A stretch of DNA of 46,205 nucleotides, from positions 1 to 46,205 of the forward strand of contig CAMLTY010000004.1 in the NCBI GenBank assembly GCA_946486465.1, in the 5' to 3' direction. This stretch comes from an uncultured Mycoplasmatota bacterium (GTDB lineage: Bacteria > Bacillota_I > Bacilli_A > RF39 > UBA660). Below the pieces are notes generated by a model. The model was not told the DNA's origin and made no database searches. It saw nothing but the letters and a program-made list of their open reading frames with translations. A program made the translations under genes and the position numbers. This document shows, one piece after another, positions 29,719 through 39,660 of this stretch. The stretch's first letter is position 1, and each line of letters opens with the position of its first letter.

Positions 29719-30369
29719 ATGGAACAAGTGAGAATTTTATGTTATGGTGATTCTAACACCTGGGGTTATATTTCAGGAAGTAATCATCTAAGGTATGGAA
29801 ATGATAAAAGATGGACTAAAGTTTTAGCCGATTTTTTAGGAGATAATTTTGAAGTAATAGAAGAAGGATTAAATAGTAGAACCTTAATATCCAATGATTT
29901 AAGACCTGGTAAGGAAGGGAAAAATGGTTATGAATATTTAATACCTTGTTTAGATACACATGATTCAATAGATTTGGTTATACTAATGCTAGGCACTAAT
30001 GAGTTAAAAAATACGTATAATAAGTCAGCTTTAGAAATAGGTCAAATATTAGAAGAATATTTTATTAAAACTATTTTAAATAGAAAGTCTCAATTTAAGG
30101 AAAGTTATCCTAAATTATTGATAGTGACACCACCAGTTATAAATGAATATACAGAGTACTGTAAGAAAGATAATAAATACTTAGGAGCAACTGAAAAATC
30201 AAAACAATTAAATTCAATATATGAAAATCTTGCTAAAAAATATAATTGCTATTTTTTAAGCAATGATGGCTTAGAAGCTGGAGTAGATGGAGTACATTTA
30301 ACAGAAGAAAGTCATAAAAAATTAGCAGAGTTATTGTATAATAAAATAAAAGATATTTATACTAATTAA
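29719..30369 (+). CDS. SGNH/GDSL hydrolase (arylesterase-like)
   Basis: GDSNTWG, EEGLNSRT, MLGTNE, DGVH. Confidence 0.92.
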   Translation: MEQVRILCYGDSNTWGYISGSNHLRYGNDKRWTKVLADFLGDNFEVIEEGLNSRTLISNDLRPGKEGKNGYEYLIPCLDTHDSIDLVILMLGTNELKNTYNKSALEIGQILEEYFIKTILNRKSQFKESYPKLLIVTPPVINEYTEYCKKDNKYLGATEKSKQLNSIYENLAKKYNCYFLSNDGLEAGVDGVHLTEESHKKLAELLYNKIKDIYTN

Positions 30370-30383
30370 AGGAAGAATAGATT

Positions 30384-31271
30384 ATGGAAAAATCAAAAGT
30401 ATATTTTATTAAGGAGATAACTCCTGAAAACATTATTAAGGCATATAATGCTATTGGAAAGAAATTAGAAGGAAATGTTGCAGTTAAAATGCATTCTGGA
30501 GAGAAAGGTAATAAGAACTACCTAAGACCAGAGTTTGTTAAAGATGTTATTAATTATGTTAGTGGTACAGTAGTAGAATGTAATACTGCTTATGAAGGTG
30601 CTAGAAACTCTACAGAAAAACATCTTGAATAATTAAAGAACATGAGTGGGATAAATATTTTCCATTTGACTTATTAGATGCTGAAGGACCTGATATGGAA
30701 TTAGATATTCCTAATGGTAAAGTCTTAAAGAAGAACTATGTAGGAAAAGACTTAGCAAAGTATGATTCACTACTTGTTTTATCTCATTTTAAAGGACATG
30801 CTATGGGAGGTTATGGTGGAGCCTTAAAACAATTATCTATTGGTTGTGCTTCAAGTGCTGGTAAAACATTAATTCATACAGCAGGTGTTACAGGTGATCA
30901 AACAAAACTATGGGATAATTTACCAGAACAAGATAAATTCTTAGAAGCAATGGCAGATGCTGCTAGTTCCGTAGTAGATTATTTTAAAGGTAATGCCGTT
31001 TATATTAATGTTATGAAAAACATTTCTGTTGATTGTGACTGTGATGGTAAATGCATCAGACCCTTGTATGCAAGATATCGGAATACTTGCCTCAACTGAT
31101 CCAGTAGCAGTAGATCAAGCTTGCCTTGACCTTGTATATAACTCTACTGATCCTGGTAAAGATAAACTAATACAAAGAATTGAATCACTTCATGGTGTAC
31201 ATACTGTAGAAGCTGCTTATGACCTTGGTGTAGGCAACCGTGAATATGAACTTATTGATTTAGATAAGTAG
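30384..31271 (+). pseudogene. DUF362-family protein split by two single-base frameshifts
   Basis: Three track ORFs (30384-30632, 30695-31099, 31029-31271) join into one ~295 aa protein: VAVKMHSGE, ECNTAY, SHFKGHAMGGYGGALKQLSIGCAS, CDC, DIGILASTDPVAVDQAC. The indels are near 30630 and 31050. Confidence 0.85.
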
Positions 31272-31282
31272 TAATTTATAAT

Positions 31283-31321
31283 AAGAGACTAATCCTTGCT
31301 TGATAGGTTAGTTTCTTTTCT
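31283..31321 (+). terminator. Intrinsic terminator of the flavodoxin-to-DUF362 operon
   Basis: Imperfect stem AAGAGACTAAT...GGTTAGTTTCTT followed by Ts. Confidence 0.5.
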
Positions 31322-31378
31322 TATTTTAAAATTAGTATTCGTGTGATATAATCAAATCATAAGAAAAGGAGTGTTACT

Positions 31379-33172
31379 ATGCAACATATAGGAATAATTA
31401 ATTATAAGAATAAAATAATCTATGTAGATTTAAAAGATAATGATTTACTTTGTTATTATTATCATAATAATGAAAAACGCAATATCAGTATAACTACAGT
31501 ATTAGAGTTATTTAAAAGTCTATTTGATAAATCTAAAGAAGAGTTTATAAAACAAGATGGTAATTATAGTATTTTTGTAAATAAAGAGACAGGCTATAAG
31601 CATTTTTATAAAGATGGGAAAGAAGATATTTTAAAATTCTTTCTAACTAATGGTACAGATGGACTATTATATAAAGGAACTGACATCAATGATAAATATC
31701 TTAAAGTAAGAAAGTTTGTAAGTAAGAAAACTAATATTGTAATTGTTTTGAGTTTGATTCTTGCTACAGCTATTTCTTCATCTGCTAAAATAAATTTAGT
31801 AAATCAAGATAAAGAAGTTCAACAAGAAATGGAAGAGTTAGATTCTGTTTCCTTAGAAACAGAGTATAACAAATATTATGATTTTACTTCTTTAGCTAAT
31901 GCTATAAAGTCGCCAGCAAATGTTGGAAATCTTAGCAAAGATATTTTATATAATGAAGAACTTATTAGAGATATATGTAATACTCCTATGAGTGAAGATG
32001 TAATTAAATCTTTAGAAGAAAAGGTAACTGATATAGAAATTGTGCCATTTACAGAGGAAGATGACTTAGATAATCTAGTAAAAATACAACAAGGTTTGGG
32101 ACTTACATTAGGTTATTACAATAAACTAGAGCCTAATATTATTCATGTTAAAGACTATACATATATATATCATGAATTTGCACATTTATTACAAGCTGAT
32201 AGCGAATATAGTTATATTCAAGAAGCTTGTGCTGAAATAATAGCACATGAATATTTTGGCTGTGAAATTGATAAATATAAAGAAGAAGTAAAAAGAATGC
32301 AAGTTTTAATGGAAATTATAGGTAGTGAGGCAATTTGGAATATAAACTTTAGTGGCGATGATTCTAAGTTTGATGATATTATACTTGAAAATTTATCTAT
32401 AGAAGAGTATGGAGAGTTATATGGTATTTTAATAACTCCGTTTAATATTTTAACTGAACAAGACCGTGAAAAATTAAATGCATCCTTTGATACAATATTA
32501 AGCGATTTATATTCTAATATATATCATGAGCCAATTGAAGATAATGAGATTATTCAAAATATATATAAAGTAGGATATGATAAAAATTTAAGAACAAATA
32601 TGAAAAATCAAAGACACTATTTTAATGATACAGATGATAGTTTTGATATAGCAGATTTTGTTTATAGTGAATATATGACTTTTCAAGAAGCAGAAGAAAA
32701 AGGCCTTATTGAAGTTGAAATGGAAGTTTCTAGTCATGTAGATATAACAGAAGAAGAATATAAAGAAAGATTAAAAAATAATCAAGATGCTTATTCTGGA
32801 TATGAGCCTCTTGAAGGAATTAAAAGTAAGCTTAATCCTGAAACACTTGAACATGCATGGATAGAAGAAGCTAATGGAAAAGAATATACAACAGAAGAGG
32901 CTTTAGAACAAGGACTAATTAGAAAAACATATTATTATATAGATGACAGATTAGTTGATTATAGAGATATAGATTTAGATGCTGAGATGAAAGCCGGTAA
33001 TATTAGTGGTTCTCAATGGAGAATAATTCCTTTAAGTGATAAGTACGATAATATAACAAAAACAGATTCACAAGAAATTGATGGCAAAAAATATTATATG
33101 GTAGAATGCAGTAACAATATATATATTTCAAACAATAAAACTAAAACAGAAGAATCTTCAAAATCTAGATAA
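31379..33172 (+). CDS. Hypothetical membrane-anchored protein with an HExxH zincin-like motif
   Basis: Hydrophobic stretch IVIVLSLILATAISS near aa 120-135; HEFAH followed by QEACAE; promoter TGATATAAT at 31344-31352 and RBS AAGGAG. Confidence 0.65.
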   Translation: MQHIGIINYKNKIIYVDLKDNDLLCYYYHNNEKRNISITTVLELFKSLFDKSKEEFIKQDGNYSIFVNKETGYKHFYKDGKEDILKFFLTNGTDGLLYKGTDINDKYLKVRKFVSKKTNIVIVLSLILATAISSSAKINLVNQDKEVQQEMEELDSVSLETEYNKYYDFTSLANAIKSPANVGNLSKDILYNEELIRDICNTPMSEDVIKSLEEKVTDIEIVPFTEEDDLDNLVKIQQGLGLTLGYYNKLEPNIIHVKDYTYIYHEFAHLLQADSEYSYIQEACAEIIAHEYFGCEIDKYKEEVKRMQVLMEIIGSEAIWNINFSGDDSKFDDIILENLSIEEYGELYGILITPFNILTEQDREKLNASFDTILSDLYSNIYHEPIEDNEIIQNIYKVGYDKNLRTNMKNQRHYFNDTDDSFDIADFVYSEYMTFQEAEEKGLIEVEMEVSSHVDITEEEYKERLKNNQDAYSGYEPLEGIKSKLNPETLEHAWIEEANGKEYTTEEALEQGLIRKTYYYIDDRLVDYRDIDLDAEMKAGNISGSQWRIIPLSDKYDNITKTDSQEIDGKKYYMVECSNNIYISNNKTKTEESSKSR

Positions 33173-33248
33173 TTGGGTTTCATAAGCTAAAAGTTATCTC
33201 TTACCTTTTATAGATTGTATCAAGATAAATGGATATGACTTGACAACT

Positions 33249-33271
33249 AACATCTCATTAGAGATGTTTTT
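33249..33271 (+). terminator. Intrinsic terminator
   Basis: AACATCTC-ATTA-GAGATGTT followed by TTT. Confidence 0.65.
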
Positions 33272-33321
33272 AAATGCACTTATACTAGTTTTATGTTACT
33301 ATTATTATAGTAGGTGGTCTT

Positions 33322-35703
33322 ATGAATAGTAATGATTATTATAGTGTAGCAGTATCTAATTGTTTATCTGAATTTGAAAACTCGTTTACTAAGAATAAAT
33401 TTATCTCTAAAAAAGTATTTGATAAATTCTTAGATAAATATCAAGATGTATTTAAAATGTTTAATAGTAATAGAAGGGTTTTATCTTTAGATAATCAAAA
33501 TAAAATGTTACAAATTATAAATAATGGCTATACTATGATTAAAAACTATAATACTTATTTTATTAATAATGCTTTAACTACATATAAAGATTATTTTGAT
33601 AATATGTTTAAAGAAATAGATTCTAATATTCTTTTAGATAATTATCAAAGAAAGGCAATTGTTAGTGATGAAGATTATTCTCTAGTTATTGCAGGAGCAG
33701 GAAGTGGTAAAACAACAGTGATCGCCGCTAAAGTTAAATACTTAGTAGATAAGCTTGGAGTAGATCCTCGTAAGATAATAGTTTTAGCATATACTAATAA
33801 AGCAAAAGATGAACTTTCTTTTAGAATAAATAATGATTTTAATCTTAATATAGAAGTGTTAACTTTTCATAAACTTGGTATCTCTATTTTAAGAGAACTA
33901 ACAGATAAACCTTTACAAATAATAGATGATAATAAAATGATAGCAATACTTAATAGTTACATTAAAGAAGTAGTATTTGAAAATAAAAGTCTTTTAAAAG
34001 AGTTTATTGATGCTTTTAAATCAAAAGTTAGTTTTCAAGATGAAGCTTTTTCTTATTCTACATTTAAAGAATATTATAAGTTTTATATGCAAGAAAAATA
34101 TCTTAAAGAAAAAGATAATCTTTTAGAAGTGGTTAAAAATAAAATAGATAGACATCTTAGATATAATAGAACTATTAATGGGGAATATGTTAAATCATTA
34201 GGAGAGGTACGCATCGCTAACTTTCTATATCGTAATAACATCTCTTATCATTATGAAGAAGTCTATCCATATAATCTCTTTAATAAATCAAGTTATTCTC
34301 CAGATTTTACAATAAATGTTAATGGTAGAAAAATATATATAGAGTTTTATGGACTAACTAAATATAATGAAGATGGAAACTATACTTTAGATGATATTAA
34401 TTATTATAACAGACTAGTTGAAAAGAAACGCGAGCTTCACCATAAGTACAATACTGATTTAATAGAGCTATACAGTGAATACGATGATGGTACTGACTAT
34501 ATAAATAAATTAAAAGAAGAATTAGAAAAAAGAAATATAAAGTTAATAGAGAAAAGTTTAGATGAAGTGTATTTTAGGATTTTAGAAACATCTACTGATA
34601 CAATATTTTTTAAAGCTACGAAGATAATTAGATTGTTTATTAATAAATTTAAAGCTAGTAACTTAACTTTAAAGGACTTTGATACATTAATAACTAATAC
34701 TGATGATGAAATAGTAGTTAAACAATTAAAATTTATTAGAAAAGTTTATTGTTATTATAATGATTATATTCATAGTAGATACCAAATTGATTTTCAAGAT
34801 ATGATTAATTATGCTTATAAAAAATTAGCTTTACTTAAAACTAAAAGAATCGAGTATGATTATATATTTGTAGATGAATATCAAGATATCTCATATCAAA
34901 GATATAATTTTATTAAAGAACTTTCGACTTTATTTAATGCAAAGATTGTAGCAGTAGGGGATGATTATCAGTCAATTTATTCATTTTCTCTAGCAGATAT
35001 GTCTTTATTTACAAACTTCTATGATCTTATGGGTTATGCTGATATTTTAAAGATTATTATTACTTATAGAAATAGTCAAGAACTTGTTGATGTTGCTTAC
35101 ACTTTCATCTCTAAAAATGATTATCAAATAGATAAGAGATTAATTACTAATAAGCATTTAAAAAATCCTGTTGTGATAAATTATTATGATAATAATTTAG
35201 ATAGTGCTAAGATTGAGGTGATTTTAAAAGATATAATTTTAGATATATATAAAGATAATCCTCGTGATAAAATTCTTTTGTTAGGAAGATATAATAAAGA
35301 TATAGATTACTTTTATGATGTATCACTATTTAAAAAAGGTGATGGAGATCATGTTATACTAAAGGATAATAAAAACATTGATATAACATATTTAACTATT
35401 CATAAATCTAAAGGTTTAGGTTTTGATCAAGTAATAATTCTTAATACTATTAATGCTAAAAAAGGCTTTCCTAGTATGATAAAAGATGAACCTGTAATAT
35501 CTTTATTATCAAAAGAAAAGTGCGAACCAATTCTTTATCCAGAAGAGAGAAGGTTATTCTATGTAGCATTAACTAGGACTAAGAATAAGGTATATATACT
35601 ATGTCCATACTCTTATAAAGAAAGATCCAGTTTTATAAAAGAAATAGTCGAGTATGATAATGTAGTAGAAAGATATTCTAACGGACAAATAGAAATAATT
35701 TAG
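33322..35703 (+). CDS. UvrD/Rep-family SF1 helicase (helicase IV-like) with an inserted PD-(D/E)XK-like nuclease domain
   Basis: AGAGSGKTT, VDEYQD, VGDDYQSIYSF, YRNS, TIHKSKGLGFD, EERRLFYVALTR; the insert reads VKSLGEVRIANFL...YSPDFTI...YIEFYG. Confidence 0.9.
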   Translation: MNSNDYYSVAVSNCLSEFENSFTKNKFISKKVFDKFLDKYQDVFKMFNSNRRVLSLDNQNKMLQIINNGYTMIKNYNTYFINNALTTYKDYFDNMFKEIDSNILLDNYQRKAIVSDEDYSLVIAGAGSGKTTVIAAKVKYLVDKLGVDPRKIIVLAYTNKAKDELSFRINNDFNLNIEVLTFHKLGISILRELTDKPLQIIDDNKMIAILNSYIKEVVFENKSLLKEFIDAFKSKVSFQDEAFSYSTFKEYYKFYMQEKYLKEKDNLLEVVKNKIDRHLRYNRTINGEYVKSLGEVRIANFLYRNNISYHYEEVYPYNLFNKSSYSPDFTINVNGRKIYIEFYGLTKYNEDGNYTLDDINYYNRLVEKKRELHHKYNTDLIELYSEYDDGTDYINKLKEELEKRNIKLIEKSLDEVYFRILETSTDTIFFKATKIIRLFINKFKASNLTLKDFDTLITNTDDEIVVKQLKFIRKVYCYYNDYIHSRYQIDFQDMINYAYKKLALLKTKRIEYDYIFVDEYQDISYQRYNFIKELSTLFNAKIVAVGDDYQSIYSFSLADMSLFTNFYDLMGYADILKIIITYRNSQELVDVAYTFISKNDYQIDKRLITNKHLKNPVVINYYDNNLDSAKIEVILKDIILDIYKDNPRDKILLLGRYNKDIDYFYDVSLFKKGDGDHVILKDNKNIDITYLTIHKSKGLGFDQVIILNTINAKKGFPSMIKDEPVISLLSKEKCEPILYPEERRLFYVALTRTKNKVYILCPYSYKERSSFIKEIVEYDNVVERYSNGQIEII

Positions 35704-35806
35704 ATAGTTTCTCTTGATTAAAAGATTACAATCTGATACTATAATATTGAAGCATCTAATATTCTTTTGGGCGATATTTATTATTCTAGAGAAAGGAGAA
35801 CAATCT

Positions 35807-35917
35807 ATGAATAAAGATATTGAAAAGAAGAAAGAAGATTTAATCTTTGCTTTAACAATTATCGCTCTTATTTTGACGATAGTATTATTCATTGTAGTAA
35901 TGTTTAAAGGCATTTAA
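35807..35917 (+). CDS. 36-aa single-pass membrane peptide
   Basis: RBS GAAAGGAG then ATG at 35807; MNKDIEKKKEDLIFALTIIALILTIVLFIVVMFKGI; TATAAT upstream and a hairpin downstream. Confidence 0.65.
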   Translation: MNKDIEKKKEDLIFALTIIALILTIVLFIVVMFKGI

Positions 35918-35947
35918 TTTAATTATTTAATTATTAGATGCTTTTTT
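35907..35947 (+). terminator. Terminator after the small peptide gene
   Basis: AAGGCATTTAAT...ATTAGATGCTTT followed by Ts. Confidence 0.5.
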
Positions 35948-35995
35948 CTTCCTTTTATGTTATATTAATACATGATGTGAAAAGGTGGTGTTTTT

Positions 35996-38900
35996 ATGAC
36001 TGAAGAATTATTAAGATATGTTAATCCAAGTGATTTAGATAAAGGCTTAAACTATGATAATAGGAAAGTAAGATATGTAGGTAGTTATCAAGATTTAGGA
36101 TATACCACTCATAGATTTATTGTATCATCTGAACATACCTTAAAGTCTTATATAGTTACAATAGAAGTTGATAGTGATGATAAAGAAATATCAGATATAA
36201 CCTGTACTTGTCCTCAATTTACTTTAACAGATTCATGTAAACATGTCGCTGCAGTACTTACTAAATTTCAAGGAGAATATTTTCTATTCGATGAAAAAGA
36301 ACATAATAACATTCTTGCTTCTGTTTTACTAAATGAATTAAAGAGAACTTCTCTTGATAAAAACATTGTTAAAAAAGAAGCAAGAGTTATTCCTTATTTA
36401 AAATTTGAAAGTTACTATAATTATTATAGTTACTATGATAGTGAATCTTTTGAATTAAGATTTAAAGTGGGTACTAATAAACTTTATATGTTAGGTACTA
36501 AAGTTAATGCTTTTATAGATAGATATCGTAATGGAGGAGAAGTTAAGTTTGGTAAAGAGTTTGTATTTAGTAATAAAGAATACTATTTTAATAGTGAAAG
36601 TAAAAGACTAATAAACTTTATAGAACTTGCATACTCAAGACTTTATAGATATGATTCATACTTAGTACCTACTAAAACGAGTTTAGATGACTTATTTTCT
36701 ATAGTTGATAGTATTTATGTAGAAGGATTTAATATTAATAGAGAATTACCTGTTGTTAATCATTTGCCATTTACTTTTAAAATTATTAAAGAAGATGATA
36801 ATCATATCTTAAAAATAGACTATGATTTAACAAAGTTAAAGAAGTTAACTAATGATTATAGTTACTTAATAGATAAGAATGGTATTTATAGACTAAATGA
36901 AAAAGAAACTATACTTGCTAGTAATATTATGGAAGAAGAGGTAGATAGTTTAACTTTCTCTGATAAGAATTTTAAAGGCTTTAAAGATTATGTAATTCCT
37001 AGTATAAAAGATAAAGTAGAACTTGATGAATCAGTAGATGATTTAGTTATAGTTAAGACTCCTTCTGTAAAGTTATATTTTGATATATTAGAACTATATA
37101 TAGAATGTAAAATTATCTTTACTTATGGTGATATAGAGGTAAATTATTTAGATAAAGATAATAGTAATGTTGTTAGAGATAAAGAGTTTGAGCGAAGTGT
37201 CTTCTTAGAACTTACTAAGTATGGTTTTGATAGTGAACTTAAACTTCATGATATAGATGAAGTAGGTTATTTTTTAGAAAATGGGATAGATGAGTTAACT
37301 GATACTTATGAAGTATTTACTAGTGAGAAGTTAAAGAATACAAGTTTAATTAAGAAAGTAAAAGGTTCAACATCTTTTAGTATAGGTACTGATAATATCT
37401 TAAATTATGAATTTAAACTTGATAATGTAAGTCCTAGTGAGTTGGATGATATCTTTTTAAATCTAAAGAATAAGAAGAAGTACTATAGATTAAAAAGTGG
37501 TGATATCTTAGATTTATTAGATCCATCTATTAAAGAGTTAGAGGAGTTAAAAGAAGATTTAGACCTTGATGAAGAAAGGGGAGAAATACCTAAGTTTAGA
37601 GCCCTTTATCTTGATAGTTTAAGAAGTAAAAATAGATTTATTAAGACTAATAATTTATTTGATGAATTTGTTAAGAACTTTAAAGAATATAAAGATATAG
37701 ATGTTAACTTTACTAAGAGTGAAGATAAACTACTTAGAGGCTATCAAAAAGAGGGGGTTAAATGGCTTTATAATCTTTATAAATGTGGACTTGGAGGTAT
37801 ACTTGCTGATGAAATGGGACTTGGTAAGAGCCTACAGACTATTATTTTTATTAGAAGAGTATTAGAAGAAGATAAGAATGCTAAAATATTAATAGTATGT
37901 CCTACGGCTTTAGTCTATAACTGGGATAATGAATTTAAGAAGTTCAGTGATGATATTAAAAGAAGTATCTTTGTAGGATTAAAGAAAGATAGACATAATA
38001 AATTAAAAATCTATAATGGTAATGTTTATATTACTAGTTATGGATTATTAAGAGAAGATTTAGATATCTATAAAGAGATGAACTTTAAAGTTATGGTTAT
38101 AGATGAAGCACAAAATATTAAGAATCCTACGGCTATGTTAACTAAAGCGGTTAAGAGTATTAATTGTGAAATAAAATTAGCTTTAACAGGAACACCTATT
38201 GAAAACTCTATTATAGAGTTATGGAGTATCTTTGATTACATTATGCCAGGTTTTCTTGCTAATAAATCTAAGTTTAGTGAGAAATATAAGATAGGAGAAA
38301 ACTTTGATGATGATACTAATATGACTTTAAGTAAATTAAGAAGTCAAGTTAAACCTTTTATCTTAAGACGTAAGAAAAATGAAGTTTTAAAAGATTTACC
38401 TGATAAGATAGAGAATAATATTTATATAGATTTAAGTGATGAAGAAAAGAAGATATATGCGGCTTTAGTTAAAGAGACTAAGGAAGAGATGGAAGAGTTA
38501 TTAAGTGCAGGTTTTTCTAAGAATAAGATGCAGATACTTACATTATTAACAAGACTTAGACAAGTTTGTATTGACCCTAAGATTATCTTTGATAACTTTA
38601 ATAAAACATCTTCTAAAATAGAACACTTAACAGATGTTGTTAAGGAAGCAGTGTCTAATGGTCATAAAATACTTTTATTTACTAGTTTTAGAACGGCTTT
38701 AAACATCGTAAAAGATAATCTTATTAAAGAAGGTATTACTAGTTACGTTATAGATGGTTCTGTCAGTAGTAAGAAACGTCAAGAATTAGTAGATAAGTTT
38801 AATACAGATGATACTAATATCTTCTTAATTATGTTAAAAAGTGGTGGTACTGGTTTAAACCTTACTAGTGCTGATATCGTAATTCACTTAGACTTATGGT

Positions 38901-39139
38901 GGAATCCCCAAGCAGAGAATCAAGCGACTGATAGAGCCCATAGAATAGGACAAAAGAATACTGTTGAAGTTATTAAACTAATTACTAAGGGAACTATTGA
39001 AGAGAAGATTCTTGATTTACAAGCAAAGAAGAAGATACTTAGTGATAAGTTAATAGAAAATGATGGTGATGAGTATAAGAGTTTTCAAAACTTATCTGTT
39101 GATGATATTAGAGAGTTACTAAAATTTAATAATGAATAA
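35996..39139 (+). CDS. SWIM zinc finger + SNF2-family helicase/ATPase
   Basis: CTCPQF...CKH; GILADEMGLGKS, DEAQNIKN, LTGTPIEN, GGTGLNLTSAD, WWNPQAENQATDRAHRIGQ. Confidence 0.95.
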   Translation: MTEELLRYVNPSDLDKGLNYDNRKVRYVGSYQDLGYTTHRFIVSSEHTLKSYIVTIEVDSDDKEISDITCTCPQFTLTDSCKHVAAVLTKFQGEYFLFDEKEHNNILASVLLNELKRTSLDKNIVKKEARVIPYLKFESYYNYYSYYDSESFELRFKVGTNKLYMLGTKVNAFIDRYRNGGEVKFGKEFVFSNKEYYFNSESKRLINFIELAYSRLYRYDSYLVPTKTSLDDLFSIVDSIYVEGFNINRELPVVNHLPFTFKIIKEDDNHILKIDYDLTKLKKLTNDYSYLIDKNGIYRLNEKETILASNIMEEEVDSLTFSDKNFKGFKDYVIPSIKDKVELDESVDDLVIVKTPSVKLYFDILELYIECKIIFTYGDIEVNYLDKDNSNVVRDKEFERSVFLELTKYGFDSELKLHDIDEVGYFLENGIDELTDTYEVFTSEKLKNTSLIKKVKGSTSFSIGTDNILNYEFKLDNVSPSELDDIFLNLKNKKKYYRLKSGDILDLLDPSIKELEELKEDLDLDEERGEIPKFRALYLDSLRSKNRFIKTNNLFDEFVKNFKEYKDIDVNFTKSEDKLLRGYQKEGVKWLYNLYKCGLGGILADEMGLGKSLQTIIFIRRVLEEDKNAKILIVCPTALVYNWDNEFKKFSDDIKRSIFVGLKKDRHNKLKIYNGNVYITSYGLLREDLDIYKEMNFKVMVIDEAQNIKNPTAMLTKAVKSINCEIKLALTGTPIENSIIELWSIFDYIMPGFLANKSKFSEKYKIGENFDDDTNMTLSKLRSQVKPFILRRKKNEVLKDLPDKIENNIYIDLSDEEKKIYAALVKETKEEMEELLSAGFSKNKMQILTLLTRLRQVCIDPKIIFDNFNKTSSKIEHLTDVVKEAVSNGHKILLFTSFRTALNIVKDNLIKEGITSYVIDGSVSSKKRQELVDKFNTDDTNIFLIMLKSGGTGLNLTSADIVIHLDLWWNPQAENQATDRAHRIGQKNTVEVIKLITKGTIEEKILDLQAKKKILSDKLIENDGDEYKSFQNLSVDDIRELLKFNNE

Positions 39140-39150
39140 AGAGGTGTAGC

Positions 39151-39606
39151 ATGATAAGAGTTTGTTTTGTGTGTTTAGGTAATATTTGTAGAAGTCCAAT
39201 GGCTGAGTTTATATTTAAAGATTTGGTAAAAAAAGAAGGATTAGAGAATGAGTTTTTAGTTGAGTCTCGTGGTACTTGTGATGATGAAATTGGTAATGAT
39301 ATTCATCCTGGTACTAAAAGTATCCTAGATAAACATAATATTCCTTATACTAGGCATTATGCTACTAGATTATTAAAAAGTGATTATGAAAAGTTTGATT
39401 ACTTCATTGGCATGGATGATTATAATGTTCTATCTATGAAAAAGTTATTTGGTACTGATAAGAAAGTGTATAAACTATTAGACTTTACTAAGAATAGTAA
39501 AGAGATAGATGACCCTTGGTATACTCATAACTTTACTATTACTTATGAAGAGGTAGATAAAGGGTGTAGAGCTTTATTTGATTATATAAAGTGTAAAGAT
39601 AAGTAA
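39151..39606 (+). CDS. Low-molecular-weight protein-tyrosine phosphatase
   Basis: VCLGNICRSPMAE P-loop; DPWY. Confidence 0.95.
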   Translation: MIRVCFVCLGNICRSPMAEFIFKDLVKKEGLENEFLVESRGTCDDEIGNDIHPGTKSILDKHNIPYTRHYATRLLKSDYEKFDYFIGMDDYNVLSMKKLFGTDKKVYKLLDFTKNSKEIDDPWYTHNFTITYEEVDKGCRALFDYIKCKDK

Positions 39607-39620
39607 ACTTTACACTTTTT
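39589..39620 (+). terminator. Intrinsic terminator overlapping the LMW-PTP stop
   Basis: AAGTGTAAAG-N9-CTTTACACTT followed by Ts. Confidence 0.7.
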
Positions 39621-39660
39621 CTTTCTTGTTTATGTTAAACTTAAACTAGAGGTGATTAAG

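Noticed and set aside
25696-35577. AGG-to-Met reassignment reported for some uncultivated Bacilli
   Set aside because: AGG occurs at conserved Arg positions (MetK SRCGIE; helicase EERRLFYVALTR), so AGG is Arg here. CGG is too rare in the window to judge.
35714-35806. Track start codons at 35714, and likewise 45726, 40791, 39652, 11218 and 10134
   Set aside because: Downstream ATGs with well-spaced RBSs (35807, 45753, 40815, 39661, 11188, 10128) are better starts.
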